The translations under genes were made by a program, and so were the position numbers. A DNA stretch of 64,000 bases from the IMG/VR virus record IMGVR_UViG_3300033073_000981, positions 3,142-67,141 of that record. One strand, 5' to 3'. This DNA comes from a virus. Lineage: Duplodnaviria; Caudoviricetes. The notes below the pieces were generated by a model. The model saw only the letters and a program-made list of their open reading frames with translations. It made no database searches and was not told the origin of the DNA. Positions 1-8,902 of the stretch are shown in pieces. Position 1 is the first letter of the stretch, and each line of letters starts with the position of its first letter.

Positions 1-1
1 T

Positions 2-256
2 ATTGCAATTGGGGTACTTATTGTAGTATCCTCAATTGACTTCAAATCCCTATTTGCTTCTTTTAAAGCTCCAGAAGGATATGTGCCAGTTGCACCAATT
101 CCATCCACGCCTGTCAATACTGCAAATGAACTTGTTTCACTTGTTCAAAAATGGCAAGCGTTAAAGGAGGCGTGCGATAAAAATGGTTTAACAGAAGCGT
201 CTAACAAATTAAATGAAATTTTTCCAGTATTGATTAAGGTTGAAAAACATGAATAA
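2..256 (+). CDS. hypothetical membrane-anchored protein, 5'-truncated by window edge
   Basis: Frame 2 is open from the window start (IAIGVLIVVSSIDF...KHE*), has a hydrophobic start, and its stop overlaps the next ATG. Confidence 0.7.
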   Translation: MAIGVLIVVSSIDFKSLFASFKAPEGYVPVAPIPSTPVNTANELVSLVQKWQALKEACDKNGLTEASNKLNEIFPVLIKVEKHE

Positions 257-716
257 AGGAAAGCTGATTTTAGGACTTGCTGTTCTTTTAATCGGATTCT
301 TTTATCAGGATTTGCCGATTAATAAGAAGCCAGTAATTAACAATGAATATGTTAAATATTTAGCGCTGGAAAAACCAAGTCAAGAAGTTCTTAATGAATT
401 AGGGGATATTAAATCTATTGTTTCTGGCCCAGATGAAGTTTTTGATAGAGAACTTATAGCTGTGTTTAATAATGAAATGGGTAAGAGAATTCAAAATTAC
501 GAAAATGTGAATACTCTAGCTTTTGAAAATTATTACTATGATGCTGGAAAAATGTATTTTGAAGGAAGGATTTCTAAAAAATACAATGGGCTTGGAGATA
601 AGTTATATAAGGTTATATTATCCACTCTTGGAGAAAATGAATCTATTATAACAAAAGATGAACTCAAGAAACTTTCTGAGAAATTCAAAGGAATTGCTTG
701 GGTTTTGCTTAATTAA
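249..716 (+). CDS. hypothetical protein with N-terminal signal/TM segment
   Basis: ORF track 240..716; likely start ATG 249 (MNKGKLILGLAVLLIGFFY) overlapping the upstream stop. Confidence 0.75.
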   Translation: MNKGKLILGLAVLLIGFFYQDLPINKKPVINNEYVKYLALEKPSQEVLNELGDIKSIVSGPDEVFDRELIAVFNNEMGKRIQNYENVNTLAFENYYYDAGKMYFEGRISKKYNGLGDKLYKVILSTLGENESIITKDELKKLSEKFKGIAWVLLN

Positions 717-718
717 AC

Positions 719-747
719 TTGACAAATTGAATTGAGCCTGATATAAT
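719..747 (+). promoter_or_regulatory. consensus sigma70 promoter with an inverted repeat around the -10
   Basis: TTGACA (719-724), 17-nt spacer, TATAAT (742-747); arms TTGAGCCTGAT 732-742 / ATCAGGCTCAA 750-760; SD GGAG follows before ATG 778. Confidence 0.85.
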
Positions 748-777
748 ACATCAGGCTCAAATTAAAGGAGAGATTGA

Positions 778-1161
778 ATGGATCAACATGAAGTAGTAGT
801 AAGTTTAATACCTATATTTTATGACAAGAATGTAAATCAAGCAAGTCCGGAACATGTTAAAATATTATTAGATAATAATAAAATAATAACTAAGAAGGTA
901 ACATTTCTTCATAAAGATATTAAAAATTGCCTAGAAGAATTATTTTCTGAATATATAAAAGTTCATTATGAATGGCCTTCTAAGGAATTGCTTGGATGTA
1001 GAAAAAAAGATAATATTATTGAGATCTTATATACAACTAACATGCCATTCATTAATGGATCTCATAAAAACGGTATGCTTATTAATATTTCAGAATTCGC
1101 AAATACTATAGAAGATAAATACTATGTCGAATCAATCAGCGGTAACACAAGAAGATTCTAA
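778..1161 (+). CDS. hypothetical protein
   Basis: 127-aa ORF with SD and upstream promoter. Confidence 0.75.
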   Translation: MDQHEVVVSLIPIFYDKNVNQASPEHVKILLDNNKIITKKVTFLHKDIKNCLEELFSEYIKVHYEWPSKELLGCRKKDNIIEILYTTNMPFINGSHKNGMLINISEFANTIEDKYYVESISGNTRRF

Positions 1162-1438
1162 TGAATTCTTGCCAAAATCATTTATTATATTCTGTTTAGA
1201 TGATGCGGGTGACATCGCATTTGAAATGTCTTGGGGGGAAACGGATGAAGATATTAAAAAATTCGCAGTTCTATTAAATAAAATAAATGCTGGTCAGTTC
1301 GAAAAGATGATATTAGAACAGTTGAAATTACAATGCAAAGAGAAAAACGACACTAAGGGTTTTTCCGTATTTAATAAAGCATACAAGGTAAATGTCAAAG
1401 ATTTAGTCGTAGACCCTACTAACGTGGAGCTTCACTAA
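1124..1438 (+). CDS. hypothetical protein
   Basis: 104-aa ORF; TAATG overlap with next gene. Confidence 0.7.
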   Translation: MSNQSAVTQEDSNEFLPKSFIIFCLDDAGDIAFEMSWGETDEDIKKFAVLLNKINAGQFEKMILEQLKLQCKEKNDTKGFSVFNKAYKVNVKDLVVDPTNVELH

Positions 1439-1845
1439 TGAAAAAAATAATGTGGGAAAACTGGAACGAGAAAGAAATAGAACTCGTAGAAACAACTAGT
1501 TTTGATGACTTTATGCAAATGGATGAAGAAGATACGGAGCAGATCATGTCTATGGGGCAGCAATTGCCACCAACAATACTTGATATTCCGCCACAAGTAA
1601 TTCATACACCATTTGGAGTAGTGCCTTCAGATTCAATATTAAAGCCATCTGATAGATGGCAGTGCTGGATGGGATATACTAATTTTGATTTAACCCATCA
1701 AATATCAAATAAAATCAAAACTATAAATGGTGTCGAAGCGTTGAAAATAATGAGTAGATACACCTTTTGTGTAGGTGTTGGCAAAATGTTTATATTTAGT
1801 AGTGTACGTAAGGAAATCGAAAATGCAATCTGTAAGCAACAATAG
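1438..1845 (+). CDS. hypothetical protein
   Basis: 135-aa ORF, translationally coupled. Confidence 0.75.
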   Translation: MKKIMWENWNEKEIELVETTSFDDFMQMDEEDTEQIMSMGQQLPPTILDIPPQVIHTPFGVVPSDSILKPSDRWQCWMGYTNFDLTHQISNKIKTINGVEALKIMSRYTFCVGVGKMFIFSSVRKEIENAICKQQ

Positions 1846-2326
1846 TTTTAAAGAAGCAATCAATAACGAGTATTACAAAAAAATCATGAGCAAAGTTTGT
1901 AGTGAAAACCTAAGAGGTGTTTGTACGAAAGATGAGATTAAATCAATAATGATGACAACACTTCTTGGCTGTATGCAAAAATATGATAATACAAAAAATG
2001 TTAAATTCTCATCTTATTTGTATACCAGTATTCAAAATAATACTCGTAGAATTTATAATAAAAAGTCACGAGATTTTAAAAATCAAGAATTTATCGACAA
2101 TTATCACAGCTTAAGGGATTGCGACCTAGAAAGCAAGGAGCAGGCTAGGGATATCCTCATGTCGTTAAAAGATCTAAATCCAGATCTTTACAATATAGTA
2201 GTACAAAAATTCTATTACGGTATGACTAACAAAGAAATTGGTGAAGCGAATGGATATGGCAAAGAAGCAGCAAGAAAAAAACTTAAAAAAGCGCTTCAGT
2301 TATGCCGTGAAATTGTGTATAGTTAA
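1823..2326 (+). CDS. phage-encoded RNA polymerase sigma factor (sigma70 family, regions 2 and 4 only)
   Basis: Region-2-like CMQKYDNTKNVKFSSYLY; region-4 HTH YYGMTNKEIGEANGYGKEAARKKLKKAL; likely start ATG 1823. Confidence 0.8.
   Translation: MQSVSNNSFKEAINNEYYKKIMSKVCSENLRGVCTKDEIKSIMMTTLLGCMQKYDNTKNVKFSSYLYTSIQNNTRRIYNKKSRDFKNQEFIDNYHSLRDCDLESKEQARDILMSLKDLNPDLYNIVVQKFYYGMTNKEIGEANGYGKEAARKKLKKALQLCREIVYS
2313..2321 (+). promoter_or_regulatory. candidate phage late-promoter motif TTGTGTATA
   Basis: In the last codons of the sigma gene, upstream of 2400; same motif at 33112-33119, 60436-60444 and a variant at 57014-57023. Confidence 0.45.
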
Positions 2327-2399
2327 TTGAGGAAAAGGAACTTTAGCAATTTAGGACAATAGGAAATTAAGATTAGAACCAAAAAGTGAGGTAATAGCT

Positions 2400-3038
2400 A
2401 TGGTTCCAAATCAGTCAGTTAATCCATCATTAGCAAATACAGCAGGTGGATCATACACAAAACAAACTTTCGGTGGTACAGTTGTTGGGTTATCAACACC
2501 TACAACAATAATAACAAAAGCAATTCAAGTTAAGGATATCAATACAAATGATATCTATAACAACACATTGCCAAAACTTCTTTCCGGCGACAGAACATAC
2601 GATACAGCAAAGATTCTATCTGCTGGTACGTTTGCTTATAACGCTGCTAAGAATGGAACGTGGGTTCTTACTCGTGTTACCACAACTCTTGCTGGTGTGA
2701 CTAAGACCTTTTTGCAATCTATGGGTAACGTTGGATACGCTCCTTCGCTTGCTTATTATGTTCGTGACAACTGGGTCAATACAGCTAGCTTGATCCGTAA
2801 GATGCAACTTAGCTTTACTGGCTATGATTCATCAGGTTCTGGCTATGCCAACAAGATTAGAGCAAGAACGCCGTGGATCACAAGTCCAACTGGTACTGCT
2901 GGAACTGATTTCGGCACATCAACTCAACTTCCAACAAGAGCTTATCCGGGCGAATTGTACATCTTGAATAACTTCATTGATTACAAGCCAGCCACAAGCT
3001 CTAACAAGTATTATTACAAACCAATTACAGGTAAGTAA
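2400..3038 (+). CDS. hypothetical protein, possibly virion-associated (Thr/Ser/Gly-rich)
   Basis: 212-aa ORF with SD GAGG; composition resembles the structural block; followed by a terminator. Confidence 0.6.
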   Translation: MVPNQSVNPSLANTAGGSYTKQTFGGTVVGLSTPTTIITKAIQVKDINTNDIYNNTLPKLLSGDRTYDTAKILSAGTFAYNAAKNGTWVLTRVTTTLAGVTKTFLQSMGNVGYAPSLAYYVRDNWVNTASLIRKMQLSFTGYDSSGSGYANKIRARTPWITSPTGTAGTDFGTSTQLPTRAYPGELYILNNFIDYKPATSSNKYYYKPITGK

Positions 3039-3058
3039 TTTTAATACACAAAAGATTG

Positions 3059-3088
3059 GGCCGGGTAGAAATGCCCGGCCTCTTTTTT
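3059..3088 (+). terminator. intrinsic terminator
   Basis: GGCCGGGTA-GAAA-TGCCCGGCC stem-loop followed by TCTTTTTT. Confidence 0.85.
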
Positions 3089-3100
3089 GGAGGTAATGAT

Positions 3101-3493
3101 ATGGATATGGCATGGCATCAAGTTTTACCGGCGGTTGGTGATTTCATTAATAAAACCGGATTTCCCATAGCTTTATGGGTGATTGCAGGAATGGCTTTTT
3201 ACAAAGTATTTAAAAAGTTCTTTCATAAGTTAGAACCAATCATTGATGCTCATTTCGAGCTTGTCACTGAATTAAAAAACAGTTCTGGAAGAACTGCCGA
3301 TATATTAGAAAAACAAAATGAAATACTCATAACCAAATTAGATCAGCATACTGATATTCTAACTAGTCATACGCATAAGTTAGATCAGATTATGAAAATC
3401 AATGTAGAACGAAATGAAATTCTTGAAGAAACAAAAAATGTAATACCTTTGGCTAATGGAATTGCAGGAATAAGTAATGGGATTAAACGATAA
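3101..3493 (+). CDS. single-TM membrane protein with coiled-coil tail (holin-like)
   Basis: TM segment GFPIALWVIAGMAFY then heptad-rich C-terminus; SD GGAGG before ATG 3101; holin call is inference. Confidence 0.5.
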   Translation: MDMAWHQVLPAVGDFINKTGFPIALWVIAGMAFYKVFKKFFHKLEPIIDAHFELVTELKNSSGRTADILEKQNEILITKLDQHTDILTSHTHKLDQIMKINVERNEILEETKNVIPLANGIAGISNGIKR

Positions 3494-3662
3494 GATTATA
3501 GAAATTTTACTTCATCAGTTCAATTTTTCCCAGTCAGACCTTGACAAAGTGAAGGCGATACTGGATAATATAAACGTGAAGACGGTAGACGGAAAAACTT
3601 ACATCGAAGTGAGAATGAATAAAGTCACGCTTGTACTAGAAGGTAATCAGAATGAGTCTTAA
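3477..3662 (+). CDS. hypothetical protein
   Basis: 61-aa coupled ORF. Confidence 0.6.
   Translation: MGLNDKIIEILLHQFNFSQSDLDKVKAILDNINVKTVDGKTYIEVRMNKVTLVLEGNQNES
3541..3569 (+). promoter_or_regulatory. sigma70-like promoter inside an ORF
   Basis: TTGACA-N17-GATAAT, upstream of 3652. Confidence 0.5.
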
Positions 3663-3996
3663 TATTGGTAAAATCAGAATTACAGAAGAGCTTGATAGGC
3701 ACGATGGCGCACTGCTCTTTTTTAAATTTAAACAGAATAAAGTTGAATACTATGGATTGTCAGTAGAATTACTAGATGAGAGAGAAGGCTTTTTAGCTTT
3801 CTCCTTATCTAAAAATCTTAGCGATCTTTTTGATAAAAGCAATTATAATGTAAATGCACTATTTGATCTCATAAAGGAGCGGATTAATGAATTTTACTTT
3901 GTATCATTCGAAGATGAAGATCCTGAAAGTGAAGTTATTGAGTATTGTGGCGGAATTACGAAAGAAGAAGTTATTAAACTTTACAATATTAAATAA
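3652..3996 (+). CDS. hypothetical protein
   Basis: 114-aa ORF. Confidence 0.7.
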   Translation: MSLNIGKIRITEELDRHDGALLFFKFKQNKVEYYGLSVELLDEREGFLAFSLSKNLSDLFDKSNYNVNALFDLIKERINEFYFVSFEDEDPESEVIEYCGGITKEEVIKLYNIK

Positions 3997-4015
3997 GAGG
4001 ATTAGGAATTCGGTC

Positions 4016-4183
4016 ATGAAAATTAACATGGAAAAACTGGAACTAGCAATAAAAAAAGAAATTCCAAACGGATTTTTTGGTTACTTTGAGCCGCGAGAAG
4101 ACTATAATAAACTTGTAGCATACGGCAAAGTAAATGGACAAGACCAAACTTTCACTTGGGTTCACAAAGAATATCAACGATGA
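4016..4183 (+). CDS. hypothetical protein
   Basis: Likely start ATG 4016 within track ORF 3887..4183; ATGA overlap with next gene. Confidence 0.55.
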   Translation: MKINMEKLELAIKKEIPNGFFGYFEPREDYNKLVAYGKVNGQDQTFTWVHKEYQR

Positions 4184-4656
4184 GACCTGATTGGGATCAA
4201 TATTTTATGTCAATGGCCCATTTAGCCTCTGTTCGTTCGCACGACGAGCAGACGCAAGTGGGCTGCGTCATTGTTAATGACAAGAATCATATAATTAGCT
4301 TAGGATATAATGGTTTTCCAGCCAATACAAAAGACGGCTCTTTACCAAGAGTAAGGCCCGGAAAGTATCCGTTTATGCTTCACGCAGAACAAAATGCGAT
4401 AAGTAACATGATTATAAAAGAAGATAAATTAAGAGCATATGTAACAGCTTATCCATGTTCAGTCTGCGCAAAATTATTATGGCAAAATAATATTAGAGAT
4501 TTAATAGTAGATAGTAAAGGTGTCATATACTCAATGAATGAAGGTGACATTGCTGTTATTAATTTTCTACTTGAAAATGGTTTAAAAATAAGAGAAATAA
4601 AATTCGACCAAGATATTTTTGTAAATCTCGGTCACAAATTAAAAAGGAATAATTAA
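4180..4656 (+). CDS. dCMP deaminase
   Basis: MRPDWDQYFM start, GYNG, HAEQNA and PCSVC zinc-binding motifs. Confidence 0.92.
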   Translation: MRPDWDQYFMSMAHLASVRSHDEQTQVGCVIVNDKNHIISLGYNGFPANTKDGSLPRVRPGKYPFMLHAEQNAISNMIIKEDKLRAYVTAYPCSVCAKLLWQNNIRDLIVDSKGVIYSMNEGDIAVINFLLENGLKIREIKFDQDIFVNLGHKLKRNN

Positions 4657-6836
4657 TGTCGATTAAAGCATTACAAGATTATACATTCGTTGGAAAATAT
4701 GCCAGATATCAATCAGACAAGAAGAGACGCGAAACATACAAGGAAAGTGTGGATCGCGTTAGAGCAATGATGCATAAGCAGTATGCAGATAAAGATGAAG
4801 AAGTGCATAAGATCATAGACTGGGCTTATGACATGATGCTCAAGAAAAAGGGTCTTGGATCACAAAGAGCTTTACAGTTTGGCGGAGATCCAATCTTCAA
4901 GCATAATGCACGTATGTTTAACTGTACTGTATCTTTTGCTGACCGTGTAAGATTCTTCCAAGAGTGCATGTATATGCTTCTCTGTGGTTGTGGGGTTGGA
5001 TTTTCAGTACAATCTAAGCACGTAAGTAAATTGCCTAATCTTATTTCTAGCAAGTCAGGAAAAGTAAAGTATACAATCCCAGATGATATCGAGGGCTGGA
5101 GTGATGCAATTGGTATTTTAGTCTCTTCTTATTTTGATACTGATAGTGAATTTCCTGATTATAAGGGTAAGGAAGTTCAATTTGTATATGATAAGATTAG
5201 AAAGAAAGGAACTAGAATTTCAGGTGGAGGAAAAGCTCCGGGACCAGAACCTCTAAAGAAAGCTATTGAGAACATTAAAAATATTCTTGATAAAGCAATG
5301 CTGCGTGGAGATGGTAGAATAAAATCAATCGAAGTATATGACATGGTTATGCATTTTGCCGATGCCGTTATTTCTGGTGGTGTTAGAAGAAGCGCAACTA
5401 TCTGCTTGTTCTCTCCAGATGATAAAGAAATGGCAACAGCTAAAACTGGTAATTGGTTCATGGATAATCCTCAGCGTGGACGTTCTAACAACTCTGCTCT
5501 TCTCATTAGAGATAAGACAACTCCTGAACAATTTGCTGAACTTATGAAGAGTGTTAAGGAGTTTGGTGAACCGGGTTTTGTATGGGCAGACGATGAAGAT
5601 TTCATTGTTAATCCATGTGTTGAGATCGGTATGTATCCTGTAGATGTTGAGACAGGCGAAAGCGGATGGCAAGGATGTAATCTTTCTACTGTTAATTGCG
5701 CTAAGGTAAATAGTGAAGAAGATTTTTATGATGCTGTTCGTGCAGTTACAATTATTGGAACATTGCAGGCTGGATTTAATTCATTTCCATATCTAGGCAA
5801 AACAAGTGAAAAGATTTTTGCCAGAGAAGCTCTGCTTGGTGTTTCGGGTACAGGATGGTTTGAAAAGCCGGACATTTGTTTAAATCCGGAAATCCAAAGG
5901 AAGGCGGCAGAACTTGCAAAAACAACCAATAAACACGTTGCAGCAAAGATCGGTATTAATCAGGCCGCTAGAGTCACTTGTGTTAAGCCTGAAGGCACTG
6001 CTTCCTGTATTCTTGGGACTGCTAGTGGTATTCACCCTCATCACGCTAAACGCTATATTCGTCGCGTTCAGGCGAATAAGATGGAGGCGATCTACCAGCA
6101 CTTCAAGGAAATCAACCCAAGGGCGTGCGAGGAATCTGTTTGGTCGGCCAATAGGACCGATGATGTAATTGCTTTCTGTATTGAAGTCCCTGATGGCAGC
6201 AAGACTAAGAATCAAATCACCGCTATTGAACTTCTTAAGACAGTAAAGTCAACTCAGCAAAATTGGGTTCTTCCGGGAACAAATAAAGAACTTTGCACTA
6301 AACCTTGGTTAAATCACAATGTTAGCAACACTATTAATGTTAAGCCAAGTGAATGGGAAGAAGTTGAGAAATTCATTTATGATAATCGTGAATTTTTCTG
6401 TGGTATTTCTCTCTTGCCAGTAACGGGCGACAAGGATTATCCACAAGCTCCATTTACTACTGTGTATTTACCTAGTGAGATGATCAATCATTATGGTGAT
6501 GGCGTAATGTTCGCCAGTGGACTTATTGAGGTTGCTCTTAATCTATGGGAAGATAATCTATGGGCGGCTTGCGATAGCCTTCTTGGTTTTGGCGGACCTA
6601 TCAAGGGTAAAGCCAAAGAAGCGTGGGTAGCTAGATGTAAGAAGTTTGCCGACAAATATTTTGAAGGAGATGTAAAGAAATTTACTTATTGCATGAAAGA
6701 TATTTACAACTTCAAACTCTGGACTGAGTTAAAGCGCGAATATAAAGATGTCGATTATACAGAAGTTCTAGAAGAGCATGATGACACTGAATTAGAACAA
6801 GCATTGGCTTGCAGTGGCGGAAATTGCGAAATTTAA
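4656..6836 (+). CDS. nrdJ: class II (adenosylcobalamin-dependent) ribonucleotide reductase
   Basis: FNC, GCGVGFSV, GGVRRSA, NPCVEI thiyl-radical motif, CNLS, VTCVKPEGT, C-terminal CSGGNC pair. Confidence 0.92.
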   Translation: MSIKALQDYTFVGKYARYQSDKKRRETYKESVDRVRAMMHKQYADKDEEVHKIIDWAYDMMLKKKGLGSQRALQFGGDPIFKHNARMFNCTVSFADRVRFFQECMYMLLCGCGVGFSVQSKHVSKLPNLISSKSGKVKYTIPDDIEGWSDAIGILVSSYFDTDSEFPDYKGKEVQFVYDKIRKKGTRISGGGKAPGPEPLKKAIENIKNILDKAMLRGDGRIKSIEVYDMVMHFADAVISGGVRRSATICLFSPDDKEMATAKTGNWFMDNPQRGRSNNSALLIRDKTTPEQFAELMKSVKEFGEPGFVWADDEDFIVNPCVEIGMYPVDVETGESGWQGCNLSTVNCAKVNSEEDFYDAVRAVTIIGTLQAGFNSFPYLGKTSEKIFAREALLGVSGTGWFEKPDICLNPEIQRKAAELAKTTNKHVAAKIGINQAARVTCVKPEGTASCILGTASGIHPHHAKRYIRRVQANKMEAIYQHFKEINPRACEESVWSANRTDDVIAFCIEVPDGSKTKNQITAIELLKTVKSTQQNWVLPGTNKELCTKPWLNHNVSNTINVKPSEWEEVEKFIYDNREFFCGISLLPVTGDKDYPQAPFTTVYLPSEMINHYGDGVMFASGLIEVALNLWEDNLWAACDSLLGFGGPIKGKAKEAWVARCKKFADKYFEGDVKKFTYCMKDIYNFKLWTELKREYKDVDYTEVLEEHDDTELEQALACSGGNCEI

Positions 6837-6847
6837 GAAAGTAAAAG

Positions 6848-7915
6848 ATGAGTAGCAATCCCTTTGGAATACCCCCTACACTAATCAGATATGACCTACA
6901 AAGTCTAAAAATAGACAATGTGGGCGTATCTGGTATTCAAAATGTATCAATCAATCAAACATTTGATACTACAACGATTCCAGTTAGGGGGAATCCCTTC
7001 GCTGCTAAAAATATATATAAAAAGCCCAATATTGATATAACGTTTACAAAATTTATATCTGATAACGTTAAATCATTACCTATTGATGGTAATATAACTG
7101 GAGTTACTAGAACTAAATCTCTAATGCCTTCGGGAAAGCTATTGCCATCCCCGGTAAATATAGATTTATATATCTATAATTATCAGAATGCAGAAAATAT
7201 ATATCCAACAGGAATACAGTTAAAGGACTGTTTATTAAAATCCATAAGTTATAAATTTGGAACAGATGGATTTTTTACTGAAGATTTAGCTTTCTCGTCT
7301 CACTTGCTACTAAACAGTGGGCTATCACCAGCTATTAGATACAGCGAAGATAGCCCATCGTTTGTCGCGCATAGTGGATTTGTAAAAAGAAGACAAGACT
7401 TTTTCATTAGTGGAATACCGCCAGAAGTTTCTGGTCATATGGTTAGTGGACACGTTTTATTATCAGTAGATTTTTCTATAAATTTTGATTATGGTGATAT
7501 ACCAGCATATGGCAGATTCTATACATCTGCAAATAAATATGTAAAATATCCCATAGATGTGTCATGTACTTTTGAAGTGCTTGATAGAGGATTTTATACA
7601 GTTACAGGTAATATGTATTCTGATACTGGAAATATTTCGCATTCATATATATATTCGGGAATTGCTCCAGTTTTTCCACCATATAGTGGAGAAATTAGAA
7701 GTTCTGGCAATATTAATGAAGTAGTTAATTCTGTCTTTGAAAATATGTTTACTACTGGAATTTTATTTGGAATTAAAGATTCTTTAACAATAGATCTTGG
7801 GTCCAATAATTTTCTTAGTAGCAGAGAAAGAAGTGGAGGTGATGCTGGACAAGGCAACTATTCAATATATAGATACACCTACAAAAATACTACAAGTGAG
7901 TTTACCTTATCATGA
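6848..7915 (+). CDS. tail-tube-like protein, paralog of 59303..60382
   Basis: Collinear blocks shared with the tail tube gene (e.g. KRRQDF/FRRQHF, YPIDVSCTFEV/FPISVTCDFEV, IDLGSNNFLSS..SGGDAGQGN/IDLGSRNKLTS..TGGDTGGGN); similar length. Confidence 0.7.
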   Translation: MSSNPFGIPPTLIRYDLQSLKIDNVGVSGIQNVSINQTFDTTTIPVRGNPFAAKNIYKKPNIDITFTKFISDNVKSLPIDGNITGVTRTKSLMPSGKLLPSPVNIDLYIYNYQNAENIYPTGIQLKDCLLKSISYKFGTDGFFTEDLAFSSHLLLNSGLSPAIRYSEDSPSFVAHSGFVKRRQDFFISGIPPEVSGHMVSGHVLLSVDFSINFDYGDIPAYGRFYTSANKYVKYPIDVSCTFEVLDRGFYTVTGNMYSDTGNISHSYIYSGIAPVFPPYSGEIRSSGNINEVVNSVFENMFTTGILFGIKDSLTIDLGSNNFLSSRERSGGDAGQGNYSIYRYTYKNTTSEFTLS

Positions 7916-7928
7916 AAGATAAAAATTT

Positions 7929-8633
7929 ATGTCAACATCACGCAAGACAAGAAAAACTGCTCAAAGAGCAACAGCAAATGCAGTTTCAAATCCACACCGT
8001 AAGATTCTCAAGCCAAAAAGCATTAATCAAGAAAATTATATCATATCAATGGTTGAGAACGACATAACAATTTGCACAGGTCCAGCGGGATCTGGTAAAT
8101 CATCAGTGGCAGTTGGGTTGGCGTGTAGTTGGTTGCTAGAAAATAAGATAGAAAAAATCATAGTTACTAGACCAGTAGTAGAAGCTGGTCGAGGATTAGG
8201 CTATCTGCCGGGCAGCAAAGACGAAAAAATTCAACCTTATGTTATGCCCGTATTAGAAGAAATGCAGCAGTATCTTGGAAGAGAATTGCTTAATAAACAA
8301 ATTGCCGCTGGCATTGTTGAGCTATGTCCATTAGAATATATGCGTGGTCGTAATTTTCACCACTCATTTATGATTCTTGACGAAGCGCAAAATGCGACAT
8401 ATGAACAGATTAAAATGTTTTTAACTAGAATTGGTATGCACTCAAGAGCAATTATCGAAGGCGATCCCTACCAATCGGACTTGCCTCTTGCTATGAGAGG
8501 TGCTATGATGGACGTGAGAGATAAACTCTTCGGTCTTCAGGGGGTTGGCGTATGTGAACTACAAGCCTCTGATATTGTCCGTAATCCTATTATTGGTAGA
8601 GTACTAGAAAGGTTAGAAGGTAGCAATAGATGA
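7929..8633 (+). CDS. phoH: PhoH family ATPase
   Basis: GPAGSGKS Walker A, GLGYLPG, YMRGRNF, ILDEAQN, GDPYQSDL. Confidence 0.95.
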   Translation: MSTSRKTRKTAQRATANAVSNPHRKILKPKSINQENYIISMVENDITICTGPAGSGKSSVAVGLACSWLLENKIEKIIVTRPVVEAGRGLGYLPGSKDEKIQPYVMPVLEEMQQYLGRELLNKQIAAGIVELCPLEYMRGRNFHHSFMILDEAQNATYEQIKMFLTRIGMHSRAIIEGDPYQSDLPLAMRGAMMDVRDKLFGLQGVGVCELQASDIVRNPIIGRVLERLEGSNR

Positions 8634-8899
8634 AGAAATATTTAGCTCCTATTATTGTGGGCGCATTTTTATGTGGCAATTTAGCATTATCTGAAACACA
8701 AAAACATGAGATTATGCTAGACAGAGAAGAAATTAATGATGAATATATCTTTTTTTATGAACTAACAATATCCAATCCTGAATTGACAGGAAAAAGAAGA
8801 AACGCATATATAAGTAGCTATAAAACTTATCTTATTGATATGAGTAATCAAAATGCAATTGATCATCAGGACTTATATGCGGGATTAATAGAGGAATAA
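8630..8899 (+). CDS. hypothetical protein with signal peptide
   Basis: MKKYLAPIIVGAFLCG hydrophobic N-terminus. Confidence 0.6.
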   Translation: MKKYLAPIIVGAFLCGNLALSETQKHEIMLDREEINDEYIFFYELTISNPELTGKRRNAYISSYKTYLIDMSNQNAIDHQDLYAGLIEE

Positions 8900-8902
8900 T
8901 TT

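Noticed and set aside
3056-3100. N-terminal extension of the holin-like ORF
   Set aside because: It overlaps the terminator hairpin; the SD GGAGG supports a start at 3101.
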